Shown: piece after piece, positions 1 to 11,947 of the stretch
Numbering within the stretch: the stretch's first letter is position 1
Layout: every line of letters starts with the position of its first letter
Assembly: GCF_963921235.1 (NCBI RefSeq)
Contig: NC_086097.1
Span: 98,954,001 to 99,018,000, forward strand
Reading direction: 5' to 3'
From: Mobula hypostoma
Taxonomy: Eukaryota
Length of the DNA: 64,000 nucleotides
Program-made: the position numbers and the translations under genes
The notes under the pieces: generated by a model
What the model was told of the DNA's origin: nothing
Seen by the model: the letters and a program-made list of their open reading frames with translations, nothing else
Databases searched by the model: none

Positions 1-20
1 ACTTACTGATGTGGCAGCCT

Positions 21-186
21 GTCACGTGATCAAAGCTTGGAGTGCGACGTGTGATTCGGAGCAAGAAGGCTGCGAGTGAACGGCTGTTATCCGGAGCAAA
101 GGCAGTTTTTCACTACTCCGGGTAAAAGAGAGGTGAGACTGCGCAGGCGCGTGACGTCAGCCAGTAGAGCACGAAAGGTTTAAAAA
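21..186 (+). promoter_or_regulatory. Putative CR1 internal promoter motifs
   Basis: GTCACGTGA E-box (21-29), TGCGCAGGCGC NRF1-like (140-150), TGACGTCA CRE (152-159), TTTAAAAA (179-186). CpG-rich relative to the rest of the window. Confidence 0.4.
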
Positions 187-1746
187 GAAGACCGCCATAT
201 CCAGCGGGCAACGGAGTGATCGGGCTTTGGCTCAATGGGCTTAGGTGGTAACGGGACGAGGCGAAGTAGGTTTACCGGTGTTATTTGCGGAAAGGAGGAA
301 GTATGTGTGTGAGGCCAGTTTTCTGTGCTCGGTGTCAGATGTGGGAGGTCCTGGAGTCTCCCAGTCTCCCGGACGGCCATATCTGCACCAGGTGTGTCGA
401 GCTGCAGCTCCTGAGAGACTGAGTTCGGGAACTGGAGATGCAGCTCGATGACCTTCGCCTGGTCAGGGAGAGCGAGGAGGTGATAGAAAGGAGTTACAGG
501 CAGGTGGTCACACCGGGGCCATGGGAGACAGACAAGTGGGTGACCTTTAGGAAGGGGAAGGGGAAGAGTCAGGTACTAGAGAGTACCCCTGTGGCTGTAT
601 CCCTTGACAGTAAGTACTCCTGTTTGAGTACTGTTGGGGGAGACAGCCTACCTGGGGGAAACGACAGTGGCTGTGGGTAGGGAAAGGAAGAGGATGGCAG
701 CAGTGATAGGGGACTCTATAGTTAGGGGGTCAGACAGGTGATTCTGTGGACGTAGGAAAGAAACTCAGATGGTAGTTTGCCTCCCAGGTGCCAGGGTCTG
801 GGTTGTTTCAGATCGCGGCCAAGATACCCTGAAGTGGGAGGGAGAACAGCCAGAGGTTGTGGTACATATTGGTACCAATGACATAGGTAGGAAAAGGGAG
901 GAGGTCCTGAAAAAAGACTACAGGGAGTTAGGAAGGAAGTTGAGAAGCAGGACTGCAAAGGTAGTAATCTCGGGATTACTGCCTGTGCCATGCGACAGTG
1001 AGAATAGGAATAGAATGAGGTGGAGGATAAATGTGTGGCTGAGGGATTGGAGCAGGGGGCAGGGATTCAGATTTATGGATCATTGGGACCTCTTTTGGGG
1101 CAGGTGTGACCTGTACAAAAGGGACGGGTTGCACTTGAATCCCCGGGGGACCATATCCTGGCGGGGAGGTTTGCTAGGGCTACTGGGGAGAGTTTAAACT
1201 ATAATTGTTGGGAGGGGGGTGGGAACCGAACTGAAGAGACTAGGGAAGAGGCAGTTGGCTCGCAAATAGAGAAAGCTTGTAGACAGTGTGAGAGTGGGGA
1301 TAGGCAGGTGATAGAGAAGGGACGCGCTCAGACCGACAGTTTGAGATGTGTCTATTTTAATGCAAGGAGTGTTGTGAACAAAGTGGATGAGCTTAGAGTG
1401 TGGATCAGTACTTGGAGCTATGATGTTGTGGCCATTACAGAGACTTGGATGGCTCAGGAACAGGAATGGTTACTTCAAGTGCCAGGTTTTAGATGTTTCA
1501 GAAAGGACAGGGAGGGAGGCAAAAGAGGTGGGGGCATGGCACTGTTGATCAGAGATAGTGTCACGGCTGCAGAAAAGGTGGACATCATGGAGGGATTGTC
1601 TACAAAGTCTCTGTGGGTGGAAGTTAGGAACAGGAAGGGGGTCAATAACTTTACTGGGTGTTTTTTATAGGCCGCCCAATAGTAACAGGGATATTGAGGA
1701 GCAGATAGGGAAACAGATCCTGGAAAGGTGTAATAATAACAGAGTT

Positions 1747-1880
1747 TAAACGCAAACAACAGGAATTCTGCAGATGCTGGAAATTCAAGCAACACACATC
1801 AAAGTTGCTGGTGAACACAGCAGGCCAGGCAGCATCTATAGGAAGAGGTGCAGTCGACGTTTCAGGCCGAGACCCTTCGT
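1747..1880 (-). mobile_element. Penelope terminal-repeat (pLTR) fragment inserted into CR1 ORF2
   Basis: Near-identical to 23244-23335 in reverse complement. Flanked by a perfect 14-bp direct repeat ATAATAACAGAGTT (1733-1746 and 1881-1894). Confidence 0.88.
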
Positions 1881-4589
1881 ATAATAACAGAGTTGTTGTG
1901 ATGGGAGATTTTAATTTCCCAAATATCGTTTGGCGTGTCCCTAGAGCAAGGGGTTTAGATGGGGTGGAGTTTGTTAGGTGTGTTCAGGAAGGTTTCTTGA
2001 CACAATATGTAGATAAGCCTACAAGAGGAGAGGCTGTACTTGATCTGGTATTGGGAAATGAACCTGGTCAGGTGTCAGATCTCTCAGTGGGAGAGCATTT
2101 TGGAGATAGTGACCATAATTCTATCTCCTTTACAATAGCATTGGAGAGAGATAGGAACAGACAAGTTAGAAAGATACAAGTTGGAGTAAGGGGAATTATG
2201 AGGCTATCAGGCAGGAAATTGGAAGCTTAAATTGGAAACAGATCTCCTCAGGGAAAAGTACGGAAGAAATGTGGCAAATGTTCGGGGATATTTGTGTGGA
2301 GTTCTGCATAGGTACGTTCCAATGAGACAGGGAAGTTATGGTAGGGTACAGGAACCGTGGTGTACAAAGGCTGTAATAAATCTAGTCAAGAAGAAAAGGA
2401 AAGCTTACAAAAGGTTCAGAGAGCTAGGTAATGTTAAAGATCTAGAAGATTATAAGGCTAATAGGAAGGAGCTGAAGAAGGAAATTAGGAGAGCCAGAAG
2501 GGGACATGAGAAGGCCTTGGCAGGCAGGATTAAGGAAAACCCCAAGACATTCTACAGGTATGTGAAGAGCAAGAGAATAAGATGTGAGGGAATAGGACCA
2601 ATCAATTGTGACAGTGGAAAAGTGTGTATGGAACCGGAGGAGATGGCAGACATAATTAATGAATACTTTACTTCAGTATTCACTGTGGCAAAGGATCTTG
2701 GTGATTGTAGTAATGACTTGCAGCGGACTGAAAAGTTTGAGCATGTAGATATTAAGAAAGAGGATGTGCTGGAGCTTTTGGAAAGCATCAAGTTGGATAA
2801 GTCACTGGGACCGGATGAGGTGTACCCCAGGCTACTGTGGGAAGCGAGGGAGGAGATTGCTGAGCCTCTAGCAATAATCTTTGCATCATCAATGGGGACG
2901 GGAAAGGTTCTGGAGGGATGGAGGGTTGCAGATGTTGTTCCTTTATTCAAAAAAGGGAGTAGAGATAGCCCAGGAAATTATAGGCCAGTGAGTCTTACCT
3001 CAGTGGTTGGTAAGCTGATGGAGAAGATCCTGAGAGGCAGGATTTATGAACATTTCGAGAGGTATAATATGATTAGGAATAGTCAGCATGGATTTGTCAA
3101 AGGCAGATCGTGCCTTATGAGCCTGATTGAATTTTTTGAGGATGTGACTAAACACATTGATGAAGGTAGAGCAGTAGATGTCGTGTATATGGATTTCAGC
3201 AAGACATTTCATAAGGTACCCCACGCAAGGCTTATTGAGAAAGTAAGGAGGCATGGGATCTAAGGGGACCTTGCTTTGTGGATCCAGAACTGGCTTGCCC
3301 ACAGAAGGCAAAGAGTGGTTGTAGACAGGTCATATTCTGCATGGAGGTTGGTGACCAGTGGTGTGCCTCAGGGATCTGTTCTGGGACCCTTACTCTTCGT
3401 GATTTTTATAAATGACCTGGATGAGGAAGTGGAGGGATGGGTTAGTAAGTTTGCTGATGACACATAGGTTGGAGGTATTGTGGATAGTGTGGAGGGCTGT
3501 CAGAGGTTACAGTGGGACATTGATAGGATGCAAAACTGGGCTGAGAAGTGGCAGATGGAGTTCAACCCAAATAAGTGTGAAGTGGTTCAGTTTGGTAGGT
3601 CAAATATGATGACAGAATATAATATTAATGGTAAGACTCTTGGCAGTGTGGAGGATCAGAGGGATCTTGGGGTCTGCGTCCATAGGACACTCAAAGCAGC
3701 TGCGCAGGTTGACTCTGTGGTTAAGAAGGCATATGGTGTATTGGCCTTCATCAATCATGGAATTGAATTTAGGAGCCGAGAGGTAATGTTGCAGCTATAT
3801 AGGATCCTAGTCAGACCCCACTTGGAGTACTGTGCTCAGTTCTGGTCGCCTCACTACAGGAAGGATGTGGAAGCCATAGAAAGGGTGCGAAGGAGATTTA
3901 CAAGGATGTTGCCTGGATTGGGGAGCATGCCTTATGAGAATAGGTTGAGTGAACTCGGTCTTTTCTCCTTGGAGCGACGGAGGATGAGAGGTGACCTGAT
4001 AGAGGTGTATAAGATGATGAGAGGCATTGATCGTGTGGATAGTCAGAGGCTTTTTCCCAGGGCTGAAATGGTTACCACACGAGGACACAGGTTTATGGTG
4101 CTGGGGAGTATGTACAGAGGAGATGTCAGGGGTAGGTTTTTTACTCAGAGAGTGGTGAGTGCGTGGAATGGGCTGCCAGCAACGGTGGTGGAGGCGGATA
4201 CGATAGGGTCTTTTAAGAGACTTTTGGATAGGTACATGGAGCTTGAAAAAATAGAGGGATATAGGTAAACCTAGTAATTTCTAAGGTGGGGACATGTTCG
4301 GCACAACTTTGTGGCCGAAGGGCCTGTATTTTGCTGTAGGTTTTCTATGTTTCTATGTTTTCAAAAGCTAAAGTAGTGTTGTCGGGCTATAGCAAGAGGG
4401 AAATCCTACAGTGGCAGAGAAAGGGCTGGGGGTTAAGGGCTGGAGGAAGGGAAAGGTAATAATAGATGAAGAAGTGGCAGGAAAAGCAATGTAGAGACAG
4501 AGTAGAGTGTTACTGGGAAAAGACATGTCAAAGATGGATTAAGAAACACAACATATACAGGGAAATAGACTTGAGGCAAATGCAGAGGC

Positions 4590-5215
4590 TGATTTTAATT
4601 GTTAACTTGGTTATTATTGTCACATTTACTGAGGTACAGTGACTTCCATGGATGCTGCCTGACCTGCTGAGTTGCTCCAGCATTTGTGTGGGCTGCGGTA
4701 AAACACCTTGTTTATGCTGCGTCCATACAGGCCATTTCATCACATCAGTGCATGCTGAGCTGGTGAAAGCAACATCAGACTGCCGAATGAACGGTTACGG
4801 TTACAGAGAAAGGGCAGACCGGCAGGAGCAAGGTAAAGAGTCCATCTCATCATGCTGGGGACCACTCAACAGCTTTATAACAGTGCCATAAAAGCTGTCC
4901 TTGTACATTTAAGCTTTTGTATGTATATTCTACCTGATGGGAGGGAGGAGAAGAGAGAATGTCTGGAGACGATGATTATTCTCGCTGCTTTGCTGAGTCT
5001 GAGAGAAATGCAGACAGTGTACATGGAGCGGAGACTGGTTTCTGTTTCTGGCAGCCCTGGACAGAGCAGTTGTCATCAAGCTATGATGCATCAGGATAGG
5101 ATGCTCCCCATGGTGCAACTAAAATTGGTCAGGGTCAACGGGAACATGCCAAAGTTTTTTAGCCACCTGAAGAAGCAGAGTTGTTGCTGCATTTCCTTGG
5201 GCATGGCACCTCAGT
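4590..5215 (-). mobile_element. Degenerate LINE 3' fragment (Rex1/Babar-like), with a small pLTR piece at about 4645-4690
   Basis: Visibly homologous to 62310-62880 (ctgatgggagggag, gatgcatc..ggataggatgct..atggtgca). Family assignment is from memory. Confidence 0.5.
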
Positions 5216-5446
5216 GGGAAGAGCAATGATCTGGAGTTTATTACAATCAATAGCACTGAAATGAAAATTAATCAGTTTAATTAAGAGATAATGCACTCCC
5301 CAGATTTACAGTGGGGGTAATGTGTTTTCCCAGGTGCCTGAGCAATGGGGAAGCTTTAGAAACCTGCAAGGAAAGACAGCTGAGTAGAAGAACCAGCTGA
5401 CATAGTTGAAAAATGTAAGAAGTATTGCGGCTAAATCAGTTTGTAC

Positions 5447-6196
5447 CTGGTCATTGTTTTGTTGTCCTGTGGAGTCTGGCTGCTGAGGATCGTTCTGACC
5501 CTTCAAGAATGATGCTGAATCTGCATCCTCAGGTGGGTCGGACTCTGACCTCTCCTTTGGGATGGGCACAGGGTCTACAGAGCTGCTTTCGGTAGATCCG
5601 TTTTGTTCTGGCCAGTCTCCGGCGACGTTGTCCTCGGAGGAATGCTGCTTCCTTTGAGACCTGCGTGTTGCAGATTTGGGCAGGAGGCTTTGGGACTGAG
5701 ATTGAGTGGGTGACTCAGTCGTGATGTTCTCTCTTGGTGGCGAAGTGAGATCTTGAGATGATTCCTCCAGGGAAGATCTTGAAGGAGTATTGGAAAATGA
5801 TTTACGTATGATGTCTTGTACAGGCCTTGTTGGATTTGATAGCCTCTTTGTGGGACTGTCAACTTCAGAACCACAAAATGGGGAAGATCTTGGTGACAAA
5901 GGTGACTGAACGATGGTCTGTCTTTGATCACTGGCAACATCTAAATTTTTGAGAGGGGTTACAGCCTTTATGCCAGGGGAGAAGAAACGTTCTGAGGTTG
6001 AGGGGGACCTTAGAGCAGGACTCATGACTATCTCTTTTGACCAGGATTTTGGTATCTTCCCTGTGTCTGAGTTGGTTCTTCCATAGATCCTCAATGGCGT
6101 TGTCTTCTTGTCTGACCCCTTTCTCTTCAGGGAAGGAACTTGAGCCACTTTCTTTTCTGTTTCCTTTATGCTTGTGTTCTTGTGGAACCTTTCTCC
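5447..6196 (-). CDS. SPTBN5: SPTBN5 large exon, Ser/Pro/Thr-rich linker (GERFHKNTSIKE...QQNNDQ)
   Basis: 750-nt non-repetitive open frame. Acceptor TTTCAG|GGA is in phase with the previous exon. Probable donor CAG|GTACAA, so the 3' boundary is less certain. Confidence 0.72.
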
Positions 6197-6244
6197 CTGA
6201 AAGTCAACCAAACAACAGATTGACATAACACAATCTTATCTGAT

Positions 6245-7280
6245 ATAAGACCATAAGACATCAGAGCAGAATTAGGCCACCCGCCCCATCAAGTCTGCTC
6301 CACCATTCCGTCATGGCTGATTTATTTTCCCTCTCAACCCCATTCTCCTGCCTTCACCCCGTAACCTTTGATGCCCTGACTAACCAAGAACCTATCAACC
6401 TTTGCTTTAAATATACTCAATGACTTGTCCTCCACAGCCATCTGTGACAATGAATTCCACAGATTTGTCAGCCTCTGGCTAAAGAAATACCTCCTCATCG
6501 CTCTTCTAAATGGGCATTCCTCTATTCTGAGGCTGTGCCCTCTGGTCCTAGACTCTCTCACTATTGGAAACATCCTCTCCACATCCACTCTGTCTCGGAC
6601 TTTCAATATTCAATAGGTTTCAATGACATCCCCCCACTCCCCGCCCCTGCATTCTTCCAAATTCCAGCAAGCACAGGCCCAGAGCCATCAAAGGCTTCTC
6701 ATATGTTAGTCCTTTCATGCCCCCTGGGCGTTCTTGTGAACCTCCTCTGGACCCTAGTCAATGCCAGCACATCTTTTCTGACATAAGGGGCCAAAAACTG
6801 CTCACAGTACTCTGTACAGTCTGACCAATGCCTTATGAAGCCTCAGCATTACATCCTTGCTCTTACGTACTATTCCTCTCGAAATGAATGCTAAATGAGT
6901 GCTTTTCTTACCACTGAATCAAGCTGCAAGTTAATCTCTGGGGTGTCTGCATCCAAGTCCCTTTGCACCCCTGATTGTTAACTTTTCTCCCAGATTAGAA
7001 AATACATCTTTATTCCTTCTACCAAAGTGCATGACCATGTACCTCCCTACACTATATTCCATCTGCCATTTCTTTGCCCATTGTCCAAGTCTTCCCTCCA
7101 CCTCTGCCCCTCCACCTACCTTTGTATCATCCGAAAACTTGCCCAAAAAGCCATCAATTGTGTCATCCAAGTTGTTGACATATAATGTGAAAAGAAACAA
7201 TTCCAATACTGACCCCAGCAGAACATCACTATTCACTGGCAGCCAAACAATATAAGCCCCCTTTATTCCCTCTGGAAACA
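6245..7280 (-). mobile_element. CR1 LINE 3' fragment
   Basis: RT C-terminal remnants (GSVLELFLFTLYVNNLD, KFSDDTK, ESRTRGHSLRI, FFSQRLTNLWNSL). Tail ATAAGACCATAAGAC at the left end. Confidence 0.85.
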
Positions 7281-7755
7281 CGCACTCTCACCTATATAAC
7301 ATTTGGCCAAAGCTATACAAAACTATCATAGCATCTCTGGTGCCATTATTTGTTAAGTTTATTATAAATAATGTTATTTATAGTAAACTTGTAGTCCCTG
7401 CACAACGTCTGTTAAATGGTCTTTCCTACTCTCCTTGTTCTGTTCATAATTATTGAGTCTGTTCATATGTTCACATTTATTTAAGTCTGATTATTGATGT
7501 TTGCACATGCAACCGTTCTGCTAATTATTGATTCTCATGGCTGTTTGCAAGATTGTCTGATAAATTGTTGATTGCTATTGTGTTGTCTGTTATGGTGTTG
7601 TCTTGTGTTTTATGCTTGGCATTGAATCATAATCAATTCTGTTATGTTTCACATGCTGGCAATAAAGTGATTCTGATTCTAATAAACAGCATGAGTTCGG
7701 TGCTGCTGAACTCATGCCTGGGATAAAGCAAAGCTACTTGTCTGACCCTTCTCAC

Positions 7756-7851
7756 CTTTTCTAGTTGACCAAACTTCTCATCTTGAGCTGCCAGCATCTT
7801 CTCAAAATCTTCATGCTTCTTAATTAAATCTTCCACCTCACTGACAGAGTC
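7756..7851 (-). CDS. SPTBN5: SPTBN5 exon, last partial spectrin repeat: DSVSEVEDLIKKHEDFEKMLAAQDEKFGQLEK
   Basis: Acceptor TTTCTCTCTCCTCAG|GAC, donor AAG|GTGAGA. 96 nt, phase 0 to 0. Confidence 0.92.
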
Positions 7852-8399
7852 CTGAGGAGAGAAAGGCAGTCAGTTCCATCTACCTACAGAAGTCTCACAA
7901 TAAAGTCACTTTATAGGTAAGTAGGATTAGCCAAATCATAACAGAGAAGAATCCTAGTTAGGGCCCTTGAGGATCTCTTGGACTAGTGACAACCATTTAC
8001 ATCAGAAATAATAGAAAATCATTGACTTGAAGCATTACATTTGTTTACCTCTCACAGATGCTGGCTGACCTATTGAGTATTGTACTTCCAGAATTTTCCA
8101 TTTATATTTTGTAAAATACAAGTGTATCTGAATCTGTCTTGGGGTGGCTTGGTGAGACATCTGAAAAAGAGCTTTAGTCTGTATCTATCTGACAGAATAC
8201 TCGGTAGAACTATATAGAGATAGGAACAGAAATAGGTTGTTCTGACCTCAAGGCTGTGCCCTGTTAATGAAATCATAGCTGATCTGTAACTTACACCCAA
8301 CCTAGTTCAGTCCTCCTTCACACCCTTCTTTAACAAAAGAAAGCTATCAATCTCAGAATTAAAAGAAAAAGCATCTGTTGGAAATGACTCTGAATGACA

Positions 8400-9180
8400 T
8401 TGTTTAAAGAGACATATTTTGAATAGGGACCATCTCTATGGCTTTGTTGTGGGATAACTGTGATTGACTAACTTGACGGAATAGTTTTCAAGAGATAACA
8501 AGGGTTGATATATTTGCTGCCCTTGTGGATTTTATGAAATAATTTCAACAAGATTCCACGTGGTAAACTGAGCAGAAATGTAAAAACTCAGCCCCAAGAT
8601 AGCGACACAATTGATCCCAATTAGCTCGGTGGCAGGAAGCTAGTGGAGATTTAGGGTTAGGAATGCTCATGTAGTGGGGTTCCTTTGGGCTCAGTGCTTG
8701 GTCTATCTCTGTGGTCTATCATCAATGACGTGCTGAAGGAAAGATGCAGGAATGCCATGTGGACTAGAGGGTTTGAGTTACAAGAGAGGCTGGAATGGCT
8801 AGGACTGTTTTTCTTGGATCGAAGGAGACAGAGTGGTGACCTTAAAGAGATTTATAAAATGATGAGGCCATAGACGAGGTGGATAGTCACAGTCTTCTTC
8901 CCAGGATGGGGGAGTTCAAAATTAGAGGGCATAGGTTAAGGGTGAGAGGGGAAAGGATCAAAGAGGATCTGAGGGGCAAGATTTCAAACAGAGTTGTGAG
9001 TATATGGAATGAGCTGTAGGAGCTGCTAAAATTATAACATTTAAAAGACATTTGGGCAGGAAAGGTTTAGGGGGATATGGGCCAAATGCAGGCAAAGAGA
9101 TTAGCATTGATAAGCATCTTGGTGAGCATGGATGAGTTAGACAAAAGGGCCTGTATCCTTGCTGTATAACTCTCTGAGTT
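8400..9180 (+). mobile_element. Degenerate CR1 LINE fragment
   Basis: ERLEWLGLFFLDRRRQSGDLKEIYKMMR, and a tail resembling gggcctgt..tgctgta. Confidence 0.7.
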
Positions 9181-9364
9181 TATGTGTACCATTCCTGGGA
9201 ATTATGGACAATACAAAAAGCTCTGCTTTTAAACCATGTTGCACTTGTTGTCTGTACAGCGGAAGTTTTACTTTGTAAGTATCCTGTGTTGTAACGACTG
9301 GAGAGTGCTGATCAGGACAATGTAGAGGAAATAGCCATGATTTTCTTCATACTCTTACCAGCTT

Positions 9365-10618
9365 GCTCTGAGACACTGGTCAGCATTGATCCAGGACCAG
9401 TGGTGCTCTGAGACACTGGCCAGCATTGATCCAGGACCAGTGGTGCTCTGAGACACTGGTCAGCATTGATCCAGGACCAGTGGTGCTCTGAGACACTGGC
9501 CAGCATTGATCCAGGACCAGTGGTGCTCTGAGACACTGGCCAGCATTGATCCAGGACCAGTGGTGCTCTGAGACACTGGTCAGCATTGATCCAGGACCAG
9601 TGGTGCTCTGAGACACTGGTCAGCATTGATCCAGGACCAGTGGTGCTCTGAGACACTGGCCAGCATTGATCCAGGACCAGTGGTGCTCTGAGACACTGGC
9701 CAGCATTGATCCAGGACCAGTGGTGCTCTGAGACACTGGCCAGCATTGATCCAGGACCAGTGGTGCTCTGAGACACTGGCCAGCATTGATCCAGGACCAG
9801 TGGTGCTCTGAGACACTGGTCAGCATTGATCCAGGACCAGTGGTGCTCTGAGACACTGGCCAGCATTGATCCAGGACCAGTGGTGCTCTGAGACACTGGC
9901 CAGCATTGATCCAGGACCAGTGGTGCTCTGAGACACTGGTCAGCATTGATCCACGACCAGTGGTGCTCTGAGACACTGGTCAGCATTGATCCAGGACCAG
10001 TGGTGCTCTGAGACACTGGCCAGCATTGATCCAGGACCAGTGGTGCTCTGAGACACTGGCCAACATTGATCCAGGACCAGTGGTGCTCTGAGACACTGGC
10101 CAGCATTGATCCAGGACCAGTGGTGCTCTGAGACACTGGCCAACATTGATCCAGGACCAGTGGTGCTCTGAGACACTGGCCAGCATTGATCCAGGACCAG
10201 TGGTGCTCTGAGACACTGGCCAGCATTGATCCAGGACCAGTGGTGCTCTGCAGACACTGGCCACTGGCCAGCATTGATCCAGGACCAGTGGTGCTCTGAG
10301 ACACTGGCCAACATTGATCCAGGACCAGTGGTGCTCTGAGACACTGGCCAGCATTGATCCAGGCCAGTGGTGCTCTGAGACACTGGCCAGCATTGATCCA
10401 GGACCAGTGGTGCTCTGAGACACTGGCCAGCATTGATCCAGGACCAGTGGTGCTCTGAGACACTGGCCAGCATTGATCCAGGACCAGTGGTGCTCTGAGA
10501 CACTGGCCAGCATTGATCCAGGACCAGTGGTGCTCTGAGACACTGGCCAGCATTGATCCAGGACCAGTGGTGCTCTGGGACACTGGCCAGCATTGATCCA
10601 GGACCAGTGGTGCTTTGG
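9365..10618. repeat. 40-bp minisatellite, about 31 copies
   Basis: Unit CAGCATTGATCCAGGACCAGTGGTGCTCTGAGACACTGG(C/T), nearly homogeneous. Confidence 0.97.
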
Positions 10619-10975
10619 GTCAGCTGACCTACTGTGCACTTGCACTCTTTGACAGAACCTTCTTTTATGAAGCCTATACTTTGCAATTGTACTTTTCTCC
10701 TTTATTTCAACACAACTCCTGGATTGCCCTTGGAATTTACAATATATTTATGACCCTACCTGGTTCCTCACACAGACCTCCCCTACTTCATAATTGACAA
10801 TATATCTCTCTTATGACTCCTTTCAGTTTTTCCTTTTCTAGAGAAAAGATTCCCAGCTCCTTCCAGACTATCCTGACAGAGTGCCACCTCTCTGCTCTGA
10901 TGGCATGTTTGTGGTTTGTGACAGTGCCCAGTGGGCTGAGGAGAGATCGGCTAAGCCAGAACAGGTGAAGGAATG

Positions 10976-11070
10976 AGTCCTGATGAAGGGTCTCGGCCTG
11001 AAATGTTGTCTGTGCTCTTTTCTATAGATGCTGCCTGGTCGGAGTTCCTCCAGCATTTTGTGTGTGTTGC
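10976..11070 (+). mobile_element. Penelope pLTR fragment with decayed minimal hammerhead
   Basis: AGTC-CTGATGA-AGGGTCTCGGCCT-GAAA-TGTT-GTCT followed by gatgctgcctgg..ccagcattttgtgtgtgttgc. Confidence 0.75.
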
Positions 11071-11182
11071 AAGGAATGGAGGGTTCTGACTCCGTTATCC
11101 CAGACAACCATTTCACAGTGGAAGCCATCGTTCAGGGAAATCAGCAGCAGCCAAGTTGGCAGTGCTGTCTGTTCATTCTTAC

Positions 11183-11359
11183 CCCAAAGTTTTTGCTGGA
11201 TATAAGCCCTTCTTTGGAGCCCAGCCACGCAGCCATTAGCTCGAGCTCCCTGAGCTGTGCCTGCTTCCACAGTTCCTCCTCATACAGGGCTTCTTGTATC
11301 TCCCACTTCTTCATCACCTGATTCATCTGCTCAGACATTTCAGTCAACCTCTCGTCAAC
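11183..11359 (-). CDS. SPTBN5: SPTBN5 exon: VDERLTEMSEQM...WLGSKEGLISSKNFG
   Basis: Acceptor TTTTCTTCATCAG|GTT, donor GGG|GTAAGA. 177 nt, phase 0 to 0. Confidence 0.92.
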
Positions 11360-11374
11360 CTGATGAAGAAAAGA

Positions 11375-11660
11375 CACAACTTATTGAGAAACAGAGCGGG
11401 ACAGGTCCTCCGAGGCACACCGCATTGCAAACCCCGTTTTAGCCCCCCTCGCCTAATCACAGCACAACTTTCAATAGCCAATCTATTAACCGGTACGTCT
11501 TTGGACTGTGGGAGGAAACTAGAGCACCCAGAGGAGACCCATGCATTTCATGAGGAGGACGTTACAGGCTCCTTACAGATGACTTCGCAATTGAACCTAG
11601 ACTCTGATGGCTTGAGCTGTAATAGCATTGTGCTAACCGCTACACCGCTGCGTCACCCCA
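11375..11660 (-). mobile_element. tRNA-derived SINE (V-SINE/HE1-like)
   Basis: Core tctttggactgtgggaggaaac.agagcacc is shared with copies at 26580, 31190, 47700 and 59770. Confidence 0.75.
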
Positions 11661-11757
11661 CTTAGAGCTAATGGCAGTACACAGGGAACGTGTTACCGTC
11701 CAGGTGGAACCAGTCTCCTGCTGGCTGAGAGAGGGAAGGGTCCTCAAGGCATTTTAC

Positions 11758-11947
11758 CTCTTTGGACAGGATGTGCCTATTTTCCCTCAGCTCAGTTCCG
11801 ATTGTTAGCAGCTCCTCGTATTTGGCTTTCTGTTTGTCAATCTCTCGCTTGTACTCCTTGTGACGTTTGTAGAGCTGGTCAGCACTCACAGACCCCCTGG
11901 CCTGCTCTTCTGCGTCCAGCAGTGTGTCCATCTCATTCACCCAGGAC
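11758..11947 (-). CDS. SPTBN5: SPTBN5 exon: (T)SWVNEMDTLL...RHILSKE
   Basis: Acceptor TTTATTCAG|G, donor GAG|GTAAAA. 190 nt, phase 2 to 0. Confidence 0.9.

Larger units (their letters stand above)
1..4360 (+). mobile_element. Near-full-length CR1 LINE, inactivated, antisense to host gene
   Basis: ORF1 from ATG 303 has CARC..CTRC zinc finger, coiled coil and SGNH esterase blocks (VIGDS, HIGTND, DGLHLN). ORF2 about 1308-4268 has APE endonuclease (YFNARS, ITETW, MGDFNFP, SDH) and RT ([12 protein letters not shown]). 3' tail TTCTATGT repeats at about 4342-4360. Stops at 420, 3261, 3465 plus frameshifts. 5' end not defined. Confidence 0.93.

Noticed and set aside
303..4268. Active or domesticated reverse transcriptase system
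   Set aside because: Multiple stops (420, 3261, 3465), frameshifts and a pLTR insertion make it an ordinary dead CR1.
9365..10618. CRISPR-like array (palindromic repeat of about 40 bp)
   Set aside because: Units are head-to-tail with no unique spacers, there are no cas genes, and the context is a vertebrate intron. The same applies to the 27-bp and 67-bp arrays.
9312..10686. 423-aa minus-strand ORF with a donor-like CTG|GTAAGA at 9358 as a possible extra SPTBN5 exon
   Set aside because: Flanking exons (…SKNFG / DSVSEV…) already join into a continuous spectrin repeat. The ORF is pure repeat and has no convincing acceptor.
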